A stretch of 62,918 nucleotides of DNA, filler included, from Octopus bimaculoides (taxonomy: Eukaryota), in assembly GCF_001194135.2 (NCBI RefSeq). It is 6 parts of 6 records of this genome, joined end to end, with 100 filler letters (N's around TTAATTAATTAA, not from the genome) between each part and the next. Parts side by side here need not be neighbours in the genome. Positions count along the whole stretch, not along the records: positions 1 to 24,409 come from NC_068997.1; 5 more parts are not named here. The stretch is one strand, 5' to 3'. Below, one piece after another: positions 1 through 12,215 of this stretch (the first letter of the stretch is position 1; every line of letters starts with the position of its first letter). The notes below the pieces were generated by a model. The model was not told the origin of the DNA. It searched no databases and was given only the letters and a program-made list of their open reading frames with translations. A program made the position numbers and the translations under genes.

Positions 1-36
<36 letters not shown>

Positions 37-238
37 TGGGATAGAGAAAGAGAGATCATTAAAATGATTTTATTCATAATCACATCATACACACACATAT
101 ACATTTTTACATGCCTGTGTTTATGTATATACATACTCATACATATATTGAATTTAAATACATAAATCTATAGGTACACGAACATGCATGTGTGAATATC
201 TATCTCTCTAACTATCTATCTGTGTGTCTGTCGTTGTA

Positions 239-297
<59 letters not shown>

Positions 298-684
298 TTA
301 TTTATTTATCTGTCTGTCTATCTGTATGTATTATATTATATATAGATATATGTGTGAGGGCATGTGTGTATGTATGGGTTTTATAATTAAACGACCATTC
401 ACTCACACATACACACAACACATACATAGACATCTACTGATCGATATATGTACAGCTAAACATATGTAGAATTATATATATATATATATACTCGCAGAGA
501 AATGTAGACAAGACACAATAGAAATATATGTCTTTTAAATTTTAGATGTTAGAATTAAAAGCAGGAATATTATTGCTCTTCCCCTCACACAAGTGGGCGC
601 GTACATACACACACGCACAGAGAGACATGTACATACATATGTAAGAGTGTGTGTCTTTGTGCATGCAAACAACTTCATACTTGC

Positions 685-751
<67 letters not shown>

Positions 752-1110
752 TGCTTGCGCATTTCAATTAAAATATGTATACGCACATATACCTTTATGT
801 GTAGAGAGTGTGCATGAACATNNNNNNNNNNNNNNNNNNNNNNNNNNNNNNNNNNNNNNNNNNNNNNNNNNNNNNNNNNNNNNNNNNNNNNNNNNNNNNN
901 NNNNNNNNNNNNNNNNNNNNNNNNNNNNNNNNNNNNNNNNNNNNNNNNNNNNNNNNNNNNNNNNNNNNNNNNNNNNNNNNNNNNNNNNNNNNNNNNNNNN
1001 NNNNNNNNNNNNNNNNNNNNNNNNNNNNNNNNNNNNNNNNNNNNNNNNNNNNNNNNNNNNNNNNNNNNNNNNNNNNNNNNNNNNAGACACGTACAAAAAA
1101 CATAGAGGCG

Positions 1111-1159
<49 letters not shown>

Positions 1160-2893
1160 GATACACACATATACGTTTATGTATATGTTTGTGTGTGTGT
1201 GTTTTGAAATACTGCCCCCACATACACACATTGAAGGGTATAGACAACATATGTATATGAAAGAAAAGGCATAAAAAATGGTATTAGGAGATGGAAAATT
1301 TGATAGAGCGATAAGGGGAATGAATTACTCAAAAAGAGATTTGCATAATAAACAAACCTAATAGATAAGATCGACTGACAATAACAACAGAATAGATATC
1401 AATTAAAACTCAGTGTCTCACTTTCAGTTGTCCCCGTCCACGATATTGCATCTCTAGTATTTTTTCTTGTTTTGTTTTCTAGGACATTGATCGAAAATGT
1501 TTCGCCCTTAATAGTTTGTTTTTAATGTTCATACATTGCCATCAATCTTTCATTTTAATTCTACAGAATGTCTTTTTTGCGTTTATTCTGGCAAAATAAA
1601 CTGATGAATAAATAGTAGAAAAAATAACAAAACACAAAGTATAACCAACAACAACAGTAAAAATGCATTAACAACAAAACAAGATTATTATTATATTATT
1701 ATAACAAATATAAGAAATTTAACAACATTATCGTTTTTTCGCGCTTTCTCTCTTTCTCTGGCACATACACATATATGAATATGTATTTATATGTATATAA
1801 ATATGTAGTTATACACACACACATTTGCACACAGATACATACACACACATGCGCACATATATTTATGCACACACATTTATATAAAGTACTGAGATAACAT
1901 GTTTGTGGATAAATACCATTCACGTGAGTGCGTTTCATAAATATAAATTTAACCTCAGTGTGGGTTAACCACGGCATCTATTTGCACAATGAGACAAACG
2001 CATATTTATTAGACATACATAAGTAAATTTATCGCTAATATATATNNNNNNNNNNNNNNNNNNNNNNNNNNNNNNNNNNNNNNNNNNNNNNNNNNNNNNN
2101 NNNNNNNNNNNNNNNNNNNNNNNNNNNNNNNNNNNNNNNNNNNNNNNNNNNNNNNNNNNNNNNNNNNNNNNNNNNNNNNNNNNNNNNNNNNNNNNNNNNN
2201 NNNNNNNNNNNNNNNNNNNNNNNNNNNNNNNNNNNNNNNNNNNNNNNNNNNNNNNNNNNNNNNNNNNNNNNNNNNNNNNNNNNNNNNNNNNNNNNNNNNN
2301 NNNNNNNNNNNNNNNNNNNNNNNNNNNNNNNNNNNNNNNNNNNNNNNNNNNNNNNNNNNNNNNNNNNNNNNNNNNNNNNNNNNNNNNNNNNNNNNNNNNN
2401 NNNNNNNNNNNNNNNNNNNNNNNNNNNNNNNNNNNNNNNNNNNNNNNNNNNNNNNNNNNNNNNNNNNNNNNNNNNNNNNNNNNNNNNNNNNNNNNNNNNN
2501 NNNNNNNNNNNNNNNNNNNNNNNNNNNNNNNNNNNNNNNNNNNNNNNNNNNNNNNNNNNNNNNNNNNNNNNNNNNNNNNNNNNNNNNNNNNNNNNNNNNN
2601 NNNNNNNNNNNNNNNNNNNNNNNNNNNNNNNNNNNNNNNNNNNNNNNNNNNNNNNNNNNNNNNNNNNNNNNNNNNNNNNNNNNNNNNNNNNNNNNNNNNN
2701 NNNNNNNNNNNNNNNNNNNNNNNNNNNNNNNNNNNNNNNNNNNNNNNNNNNNNNNNNNNNNNNNNNNNNNNNNNNNNNNNNNNNNNNNNNNNNNNNNNNN
2801 NNNNNNNNNNNNNNNNNNNNNNNNNNNNNNNNNNNNNNNNNNNNNNNNNNNNNNNNNNNNNNNNNNNNNNNNNNNNNNNNNNNNNNNNNNNNN

Positions 2894-2932
<39 letters not shown>

Positions 2933-3897
2933 GAAGGAAACAAATAGACAAGGACAGTCACAGAAGAAATAAAAACCGTTTCAAAGGGTTGTTCGTATGC
3001 AAAAAGGTCCCCTGATTTACGACAAAATTAAGACGCGAAGTATCACTAATTGGATAGATCTTAAAATCTTAGACAAATAGGAGCTGAAAAGATTCAAGTA
3101 ACTTTGTGAAACAAAAGAATGCTTCGAGGCGATTTTTGGGAGAGGAGAGAAAGAATGGGTACAGTTGGTTTGAGAGAAAGACAGAGAGTTGGAGTAATGA
3201 AGAAACCTTCGAGAAATAGAATAAAATTGGGGTTCGTGAAATGAAAAGAGGAACAAATAAAATCTTAGAGCTAGAATGGAAGGAAAGTAGAATGATTCAA
3301 TAATGGAAAGGTAGATAAACGAGACCAGTAAACAGAGAAAACGGTTTGCTTCTTCCGTCGTTGGTCAATGGTATTGCAGAGACAGTGACTTAACTACCTC
3401 TGCTGTGCCTGGATTGTTTCCAGAATGAAGTGCATAGCCCCAATTACACTTAGCACCTCTCAACTCATGGATGTGCCACGAAAAAAAGACAAGGAATTAC
3501 ACTCGAATCATCCACAAAGTTACATATATTGGTCAGGTATAACCGTACATATAATTTTTAAGACTAATATGTTCTGGTTTACTCTCTGGATAAAAATACA
3601 GATAGTTGATTGAAAGCAGTAATCAGAGAAAGGTAAACATAATAAAATAACGAAGGATAAATTATAGATAAATACGTAAAAACAGAAAGAGAGAGAGAGA
3701 ACGAGAGAGAGATAATTAGAGAGAAAGATAGTACGACAGGGAGAGAAAGAAGGAGAGAGAAGCGGTCATGACGTGAGGTAGAGGGAACGTAATACTTATT
3801 ACGTGGTTAAAAAAGGTTAGTTGACGGTAGGGGAGGAGAGTCAAAAACGTAATTTTAGCAGAGGGGTGATGTTCTGATGGTGAGATTAAAGAATGGC

Positions 3898-3971
<74 letters not shown>

Positions 3972-4324
3972 AAGATGATGATGATGGTGGTGGTGGTGGT
4001 GGAGATGGAGGTGGTGGTGATGATTGGATAGTGAAATGTATTTTTAATTGAACTAATTTTTTTTATATCACCTATCACTTAATGCATGCGCATAGGTGCA
4101 ATTCCGTGAAATATTCACGCTTATTTACGTGGCAGTTTTATGTAATTTAGCTAAAGATTGTCTCATATATACGAGATACTTTTTTTTGTTTAAGAGAAAA
4201 ATGGAAAAATAAGAGTGAATATTTATTTTATGCCTGCTGTGTATTATGTCTATAAAATTCTGTATATATAAAGTGCATTAGTTAATCATCGTATTCCAAT
4301 TTCTTTCACTTTTCAATGAGTAGC

Positions 4325-5130
4325 AAATGAGCTGATGAAAGGAAAACAAAAAAAAGAGACCGAGAGCACTATACTGGCAGCACAAGACCAAACTTTGGTC
4401 ACGAACTGGAGGGTCAACCTTAGGAATAAGCAAGCATCTCCGCTGAGCCTCATCTGCAATATAGTGGAGGAAACCATTGCTCATATCACGAACGAATGCC
4501 CTAGACTTGCCCAAAACCACTACTGGTTGTAGTGACACGATCAGGTCGCGAAAGTGCTACATTGGAAACTATGCGAAAAGTGGGGGCTAGAGAGAGGCAA
4601 GACATGGTATTAGCACAAACCGCAGGAGAGTGGAGACTAGCAAAATCCTCTGGGATCTCCCCATCCAGATAGATCAGGTGCTAGAGCATAGCAGATCGGA
4701 CCTAGTGATGGTGGATAAGGTGCGTCACATATGCTATATAGTTGATGGTGCATGCCCCCTTGACCCACGAATAGTCAAGAAGGATGACCAAAAGATAGAT
4801 AAATACAACCTTCTTAAGTACGAAATAGCCCGGCTACGGAAAATGAAGAAGGTGAAGATAGCGCCAATTATTATTGAGGCCTTGGGAACAGTATCAAGTG
4901 GCATCAAGTGGAATATAAAATAAATTAGAATAGAATGCCCAGTAAAACTGTTGCAAAAGGTTTTCCTCCTTGGTACGGCCAGAATATTCAGGAAAGCATT
5001 AAATATCTGAAATGAATAGATAGCATGGTACCGTAGACTGCAGGTAGTAAGTCCGTTACGCATGTAAGACTCTAGGCGCTCTAACAAAATCTGTTATAAA
5101 GAGAAATAACAACAACAATAACAATAATAA
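4325..5130 (+). mobile_element. 3' end of an R4/Dong-type non-LTR retrotransposon (CCHC finger plus restriction-like endonuclease, 3' UTR, (AAC/AAT)n tail)
   Basis: KGKQKKETESTILAAQDQ; C..EETIAHITNEC..LAQ; KILWDLPIQID..HSRSDLVMVDK..D..P.D..KIDKY; PIIIEALG; LQKVFLLGTARIFRKAL* ending at 5010; simple-repeat tail at about 5105-5130. Confidence 0.88.
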
Positions 5131-5665
5131 TTATAGTAAAGATGCAATTTTCAGCCATAGTATAAAAAAAATACTAGCAAAATACACTACAGCTACTAGA
5201 ACACTCAAAGCTTTAAAAATAGACAATGGTGATGCACAGATAACGTTATTGTTAAAAAAAAACAATATCATTATTATAATTAGTATGTTTAATTTGCTAA
5301 TAGTTTTGATAATGGTTGCATTATGTCTCTGCTGTAGGTGTAAGTAAAAATGAAGGCAATTATAACAAAGATTATGGTAGGGATAAGATTAAGGTTACGG
5401 TGGGAAGGTAAATGAGAAGAATGTGATGGCTTTTTAATAAAGGTGGCGTGATTTATATAGGGTCGCATAAAACATTGTCTGATGAAATATAGAAAGTTAT
5501 CCTACTTTTATTACTTCTCTGTTCTGATTAGATAATTACTATACGTGTACTCATTGCTATGTTATGTATAAGCTAAGAAGTTAAGGTTATAGTAAGTAAT
5601 GTTAGTTGTGGTGCTAGTTATTGTTTTGCAAAATGTCTAATGTTGTACTATATCAATTGTTACTG

Positions 5666-5740
5666 CTGTTAACCCTCTGACTGTTAACCCTTTGACTGTT
5701 AACCCTCTGACTGTTAACCCTCTGACTGTTAACCCTCTGA
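5666..5740 (+). repeat. Tandem repeat, 5 x 15 bp (CTGTTAACCCTCTGA)
   Basis: Five consecutive units, one with a single substitution. Confidence 0.92.
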
Positions 5741-6199
5741 CGAGTACATTTGAATATGAAGTTGATAATTTTTCATCTTTAGTGTTGGTTGTATTTCTGT
5801 TTAACTTACACATAAATATTATAGATAGCACACGATTTTAACACAAGGGTGTATAACGCATTTCTACTGAATACATAATAGATTGTTGAGATCAAGTTGA
5901 GAGTGCACGATAAATAAAAGAGAAAGAGAGAAAGAGAGCGGGTGGGGGGTAAAAATTTTGTAAATTATAGCTCTCCTAAGTGACTCTACTTGTCCATAAG
6001 CTCAAGTTACATGCTAAAGAAGGGTTTACAAACGACAGCAATGATTGGAGATCAAACTCTAGGACTGACGGTAAAAACAACTTTGAAATATGTGACGTAG
6101 ACAAATGTATTTTCATGATATAAGAATTGGTGAGCAGTTCATTCAGTGAAGTGGCTGGTCGTGTATATTTAAAACAAGCCGGAAAATACTTCACGAATT

Positions 6200-6490
6200 C
6201 AGTTCTATATTTAAGAGATGAGGAATTATGTACATTATTTACATTATTTACATTTGACGGATATTTGTCCTCATCTTGTTTGTTGTTAACACACCGTTTC
6301 GGCTGATATACCCTCCAGTCTTCATCAGGTGCCTTGGGGAAATTTCAAACCTGGGTTCTCATTCCTAAGGTATTTTTCGATGTTATTATTATTATTATTA
6401 TTATTATTAATTAGGGCACTGCTTGGAATCGAACTCGGAATCTTGGGTTTAGTAGCCCGCGCTCTTAACAACTATGCCATATGCCCACAA
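6200..6490 (-). mobile_element. Short repeat with tRNA-derived head, (AAT)n linker and hammerhead-like motif (PLE pLTR / SINE-like), copy 1
   Basis: rc gives TGGCATAGTTGTTAAGAGC (A-box-like) and GAGTTCGATTCC (B box), then (AAT)n, then GCAC-CUGAUGA-A-GACUG-GAGGGUAUAU-CAGCC-GAAAC-GG-UGUG at 6291-6332. Homologous to 25623-25955 and 26163-26428. Confidence 0.8.
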
Positions 6491-6539
6491 ATATCTGTCA
6501 AATGTAAAGAATGCAAATAATGTACTTCACGAATTGCTC

Positions 6540-7800
6540 GTATATGTTGAAAATCTTTGAACTTACCAGCCAAAAATAATTTCCCGAAGTGTCCATTTAT
6601 TGAAAAATCTCTGAACTGACATTCAAATAATCAACTTATTTATTTCGTATATGGTTCTCAGAAGTACACAATCCATATATTTCAGATTATTCCCAATATC
6701 TTCCATTCAATATCGGTCCAATTCCACATTCTTTCACTGTCGAAAAATAGTTGGATAATTTGGTTATGTTCACCTTTTTCAATCATAACGACGTTATGTT
6801 CCCTGTAGGTATCTAGATTTGGTTTGTCAGATGTAACCTCCGCTTCATAAATAATTGCTTCATTGACACATGACGAATTTAGAGTGTATGATGCTTCAAT
6901 TTTGCGTGCGTAGTTTATGTCAATTGTTTTATTTGGATTACCTGATATTTTCTACATTGGTGCTACAACTATAGCTGAGTGTAAATTATTTTGTTGAATA
7001 ACATTCTGCAATCTTGGTAAAGTTGTAGAAATCTTGATATATTAAGGCTAGGAAGTTTTTGTTGTATTAGATTTAACGAGAAATGACGATTTTACCAGAA
7101 AATATGTTTTCTCTAGTAAGAAAGTGTTAGGGATGAATTTACTATTGCTTTTATGTCTGCCAGCGTCTTGTGCCTAAAATGAGGCAGTGTCGAAGAAGGC
7201 ATTATTAGACTATATATTAAATCTAATTCTACACATGTTATGAACTAGTTTTTTTTTTAAAAAGCAAAAGGAAGAAACAGAGAATTGGCACGTACCAACT
7301 TTTCTTAGATTTACTTTATGTTCTCTATATGTTTGTTGTGAGGTTGAGAGTAATATTTAAGTAATTTAATGTACTCAAAGCAGTAGCAATTGATATTGTC
7401 AAGCAGAAATTTAGAAAGGTTTTGATGAAATTGTTACTAACTTTGTCTAATATGTAGCCATTAGCATTTTATGAAAAGGACATCTCGCTATTAGCTCTGT
7501 AGAGAATTACATCAGTGATCGTGAATTTGTTTTTAAACGTCTAGGATATACAGGAAAGAGGAATCACATACGTAGGCATTGTTAACCATTTCTGTGCTGA
7601 CAAAGGGTAGTGGTTGTGGAAGGGTTTATTCTTTTATTAATTTGATTTAAATGTGAGAAAAGCGATCTGACAATACGAATTACCATTTTATCAATGCAGC
7701 CAGAAGGTAACATTGATATTTCAAATGATTTTCAACCACCACATATGCAGCTGTGTCTGCCTTTGTTATCCACTGTGTACACTACTTAGATATCGTTTCA
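6540..7800 (-). mobile_element. Highly decayed PLE (RT thumb plus C-terminal GIY-YIG; WFNPP/LSYSC-type family)
   Basis: Minus-strand fragments across shifting frames: AYVCD..LYIL, NYLNITLNLTTNI, FW*NRHFSLN, NFLALIYQDF, LSYSCSTNVENI, CVNEAIIYEAEVT, TKLSNY, IEWKIL, LCTSEN. Confidence 0.7.
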
Positions 7801-7869
7801 CGATATGAAACTTAAAATGGAAAGGTAGAACCATTCAAATATATATATATATAGATATATATGATAGAT

Positions 7870-8056
7870 CGCTGACCACTACATTTATATTTTTCTCTCC
7901 TTGTTTCTCTCCTTATTTCTTTCTGTGTTCCTTTCAGTTGAAGAGCGTAGCTCGAAACGTCAAAGACTTTCTCTATTCCCGAGCGTTAAACTAATGCGTC
8001 CATTTGTTGTTTACATCACCTGTCTTCGTCTGTTGTTTTTTTCGTAAATTCTCCCA
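7870..8056 (+). repeat. Short dispersed repeat with a variant minimal hammerhead-like motif (7931-7965)
   Basis: CUUU-CAGUUGA-A-GAGC-GUA-GCUC-GAAAC-GUC-AAAG: stems I and II pair perfectly and the core differs from CUGAUGA at two positions. Confidence 0.5.
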
Positions 8057-8160
8057 TATATATATATATATNNNNNNNNNNNNNNNNNNNNNNNNNNNNN
8101 NNNNNNNNNNNNNNNNNNNNNNNNNNNNNNNNNNNNNNNNNNNNNNNNNNNNNNNNNNNN

Positions 8161-8225
<65 letters not shown>

Positions 8226-8695
8226 GTGTATGTATTTGTGTTGCAAAATGCATACTTGCGAGTTGCGACAGAGGCAGTATTAATACGGAGAGGTAATATT
8301 TAACCCCGTTTAAAAGTGGATGTTCTGTTAGAACAAGCTATACTGCGGTGGATAGCATGAGAGAAACTCTCATATTAGATTTTGGGGCAAAATCAACTCT
8401 TATGGCATAGACTCTTGTTTATATCACTGGTGCGGAGATAATTCCCCGCTACCTCCAGTGCTGAGACAACAAGATCCCATGATTTCGACCTTACTTGGTT
8501 TTGTATATGAGGGAAGTTCGACAGCTAGAGGTAGCAGCAACAGGCCCCGATGTCACGATTATCCAGCGAGCTTGATAAGAATTATATATTGTGACAAAGC
8601 CAATATTAGTACCGAGTGGTAATATTTATCCCCACTTAAACGTGTGTGTTCTGTTAGAAAAAGCTATACTGCCGTAGATATCATGCAACTCTCAT

Positions 8696-8921
8696 CTCTT
8701 AATCCTTTTTGCCCCTTGTGGAGCATAGGGCCTCAACAGTTATTTTCCATTTTTTGCGATCATTGGCTTGTTTCTTGGCTGCTTCCCATGTCAGGCCGGT
8801 GATCCTGAGCTCGTTCAAAATACTCCGCTTCAATGTCTGCTTCGGACGTCCTCGTTTCCTTTTCCCCTGCGGATTCCAATCAAGTGCTTGTCGTGTCATA
8901 TTTGAGGGTTCTTTCCGCAAT
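8696..8921 (-). mobile_element. RTE-clade LINE 3' end
   Basis: LRKEPSNMTRQALDWNPQGKRKRGRPKQTLKR..GLTWEAAKKQANDRKKWKITVEALCS is the typical RTE ORF C-terminus. Confidence 0.85.
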
Positions 8922-9578
8922 ATGTGTGTGTGTGTGTGTGTGTNNNNNNNNNNNNNNNNNNNNNNNNNNNNNNNNNNNNNNNNNNNNNNNNNNNNNNNNN
9001 NNNNNNNNNNNNNNNNNNNNNNNNNNNNNNNNNNNNNNNNNNNNNNNNNNNNNNNNNNNNNNNNNNNNNNNNNNNNNNNNNNNNNNNNNNNNNNNNNNNN
9101 NNNNNNNNNNNNNNNNNNNNNNNNNNNNNNNNNNNNNNNNNNNNNNNNNNNNNNNNNNNNNNNNNNNNNNNNNNNNNNNNNNNNNNNNNNNNNNNNNNNN
9201 NNNNNNNNNNNNNNNNNNNNNNNNNNNNNNNNNNNNNNNNNNNNNNGTTGCGCCAGTCCACTCAGCTGGCAAAAATGGAATAGTACTTGTATTTTAAAGG
9301 GCTGGCCTTGTCACACTTTGTGTCACGCTGAACATCTCTGAGAACTACGTCACGGGTACACGTGTCTGTGGAGTGCTCAATCATTTGCCCGTTAATTTCA
9401 CGAGCAAGCTTTTCCGTTGATCGTATCAGCTGGGACCCTCGTCCTCGTAACCTACCGAGTGCTCCTCTCTCTCTCTCTCTTTATATATATATATCTATCT
9501 ATCTATCTATATATATATATATATATATATATACATGTGTGTGTGTGTATGTATATATATGTGCATAGATATCTATAA

Positions 9579-10043
9579 TATTGTTGCATTTGGGGAAGGT
9601 CATATTGCCAGTTTAACCAATGAAAACACACGCACTATATATTTGGTGTCCATTTGCTTCAGCTTTATTTTATTTTAATTGCATTTCGGCCAGAGTTCTT
9701 TTGTCACACTTCTGTGACCTCACCAGTGGTTCTTTGCTTTCTTCTTTCTTTTTTGTGTCTCTCCTTCCTAACAATCGGCCATATTCTATTCCTCTTGTAT
9801 GTGTCTTTATTTGCGCATACATATATCCCTGTGTGTGTCTTTATTTGCGCATGCGTATATCCTTGTGTGTGCCTATGTTTAGTAAGTGTGTGTGTGGAAA
9901 TGTGTATGGTACCTGCATTATCAGTATCCCCTGTTTATTCACATTTGTTTAATCATTTATTTTAATCATTCCTTTTTATCTACTTACTCCTTCATTTCTT
10001 TCTTTTTTTCTATTAATTTAATTTAATTTATTATATTTTGTTT
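9579..10043 (-). repeat. Inverted pseudo-LTR copy upstream of the PLE (partner of 11616-12046)
   Basis: Reverse complement aligns along its length with 11616-12046, e.g. TATTGTTGCATTTGGGGAAGGTCATATTGCCAG vs rc TATTTTTGTATTTGGGGACGGTCATGTTGCCAA. Confidence 0.85.
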
Positions 10044-10099
10044 ATAATAAATGTCTAGACAAATATGACCTTAGAAGTTTCTGCCCCAGTAGACGTTTA

Positions 10100-11535
10100 A
10101 GAAGTAGACCCCCTATAATTACATATATGGCTAGGAAGACCCCCTATATAGAGATGGAGCGGATGGACTAGAGCCATACGGATCCCCGGAAACCAATATC
10201 AGGTAAAGAAAATGATTGCATATGCACTAGGAGCTAATATAAGAGTTACCCTAAAAGGCCACACGTTTAAGTTAAACAACAAAATATACGCCCGGGATGA
10301 GGGGGCGGCCATCGGGGTTAGCGTCGCCAGTGCTGTGGCCAACCTTTTCATGGTATGGTGGGACAGGAAGCTTAAAGAACGCCTAGCACAGAACTCCATA
10401 TTCATGAACATGTACTCGCACTACGTCGATGATATCAACATAACGGTAAATGCACCCCAACAACAGAGAACCCTTAAAATAGAAGTAGAAACTAAAACTA
10501 AAGAGAGCATGCAGCAAATAACTAACTCCATCCATCAGAGTATTAAAGTCACAATAGACTACCCTACGAAACACCCTAACCATAGACTACCAATACTGGA
10601 TACAGAACTCTGGCTGAAAACTGTGAATAATAAAACAAAAATCCTCCACTCACACTATGCCAAACCTATGGCTTCAAAATACCTGATCCACCGGAACTCA
10701 GGTATCTCGGACAATGCCAAATTCAATATATTGATGGCAGACCTCATCAGAGTAATGAGAAATGTATCCCGCATGTGCGACCCTACAGAATTAAAGAGAG
10801 ACATACAACACTTCGTTCACCGTATGCAGTTCTCAGGATACAGGCATAGAGAATGTATCAGAGTATTTAAGGAGCCATGAGGAAATTTGAGACTATCATA
10901 CGTAACGTTAGGAATGGAATTTGCCCACTCTATAGGAGCAAGTCATGGACTCCCATTGAAAGGACTAAAAAGAAAACAGGGAAGGCCAACTCATGGTATG
11001 AGTGTCATGTTCGTCGACACTATCCCTAGAGGCGAACTGGCGTACCGCTTTAGAAGGGACCTAGACAAACTTAAGCTAAGAATTAAGGTTGTAGAAAGGC
11101 CAGGCAACCTTATCAAATCCCTAATCAGTAGAACCTACCCTTTTAGTAGAACCCCCTGTACTGATAGGAACTGTACTGTATGTAGATTTAGCCTACAGAC
11201 AAACTGTAAAGCTAAGAATTTTGTCTATAGTATGAGATGTACAAGATAACGCCGTACGTAGGGGAGACAACACAGAGCATAGGAGAGCGGGTAAATAAGC
11301 ATTGGAGGGAACTTAAGGAAAAAGAAGAGCTCATCGGTTCTGTACCAGCACACCGAGCGGGAACACGAGGGCTCAGTCAACAACATAGAAGTTAAAATCT
11401 TGTCCACACATAGAACGGACCCAACGCTTAGACAAATTACGGAAGCTACATACATAATAGAAGATAAGCCTAGCTTAAATAGAAAACTAGAATGGAAAAC
11501 TAGTACACAACCCCCATCACACCACAACCTATGAC
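10100..11535 (+). mobile_element. Penelope-like element remnant: RT core/thumb plus C-terminal GIY-YIG endonuclease, frameshifted and 5'-truncated
   Basis: ORF 10212-10880 has GAAIGVSVASAVANLFM, YSHYVDDI, LPILD and HYAKPM. Downstream frames give PCTDRNCTVC..NC, FVYSMRC, YVGETTQSIGER and the C-terminal TLRQITEATYIIEDKPSLN. Confidence 0.88.
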
Positions 11536-11615
11536 AGAATAAGATCTCAATAAACTAATAATAATATGAAACTAATACACTTGACAGATATAAGGGATTA
11601 AATGATTACATACAC

Positions 11616-12046
11616 AAACAAAATATGATAAATTAAATTAATACAAAAAAAGAAAGAAATGAAAAATAAGTAGATAAAAGCAAATGAATAAAATAAATAA
11701 TCAAACGAACGTGAATAAACAGGTGATATTCATAATGCAGGTACCATACTCATTCCCCGCCCCACACACACTTACCAAACATAGACACACACAGGGATAT
11801 ATGCATGTGCAAATAAAGACACACACAACAGGAATACAAAATGGAAGATCATTAGTAAGGAGAGACACACAAAAAAGAAAGAAGAAAGCAAAGGACCACT
11901 GATGAGGTCACAGAAGTGTAACGAAAGAACTCTGACCGAAATACGATTAATGTAAAATAAAGCTGAAGCAAGTAAATGCCAAATATATAGTGCATGTGTT
12001 TGCATTGGCTAAATTGGCAACATGACCGTCCCCAAATACAAAAATA
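11616..12046 (+). repeat. 3' pseudo-LTR of the PLE, carrying a hammerhead-like motif
   Basis: Follows the GIY-YIG ORF on the same strand, is an inverted copy of 9579-10043, and contains CTGATGA...GAAA at 11899-11926. Confidence 0.75.
11893..11937 (+). ncRNA. Minimal type I hammerhead ribozyme-like motif (degenerate)
   Basis: GGACCA-CUGAUGA-G-GUCAC-AGAAGU-GUAAC-GAAA-GAAC-UC-UGACC. The inverted partner copy has GUGAC and UGGCC, restoring stems II and I. Confidence 0.55.
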
Positions 12047-12162
12047 TTTGTTTCAATACACGAATTCACATCAAGAATTCACATCAAGAATCTTGCAAAA
12101 CGAATATNNNNNNNNNNTATATACATACACAAAAACATATACGTGCACACACACGCACACAC

Positions 12163-12215
<53 letters not shown>

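Noticed and set aside
3425-3613. 62-aa ORF with a nearby possible donor
   Set aside because: No motif support.
6421-6490. Functional tRNA gene
   Set aside because: Acceptor and anticodon stems are imperfect, and it is the head of a dispersed repeat.
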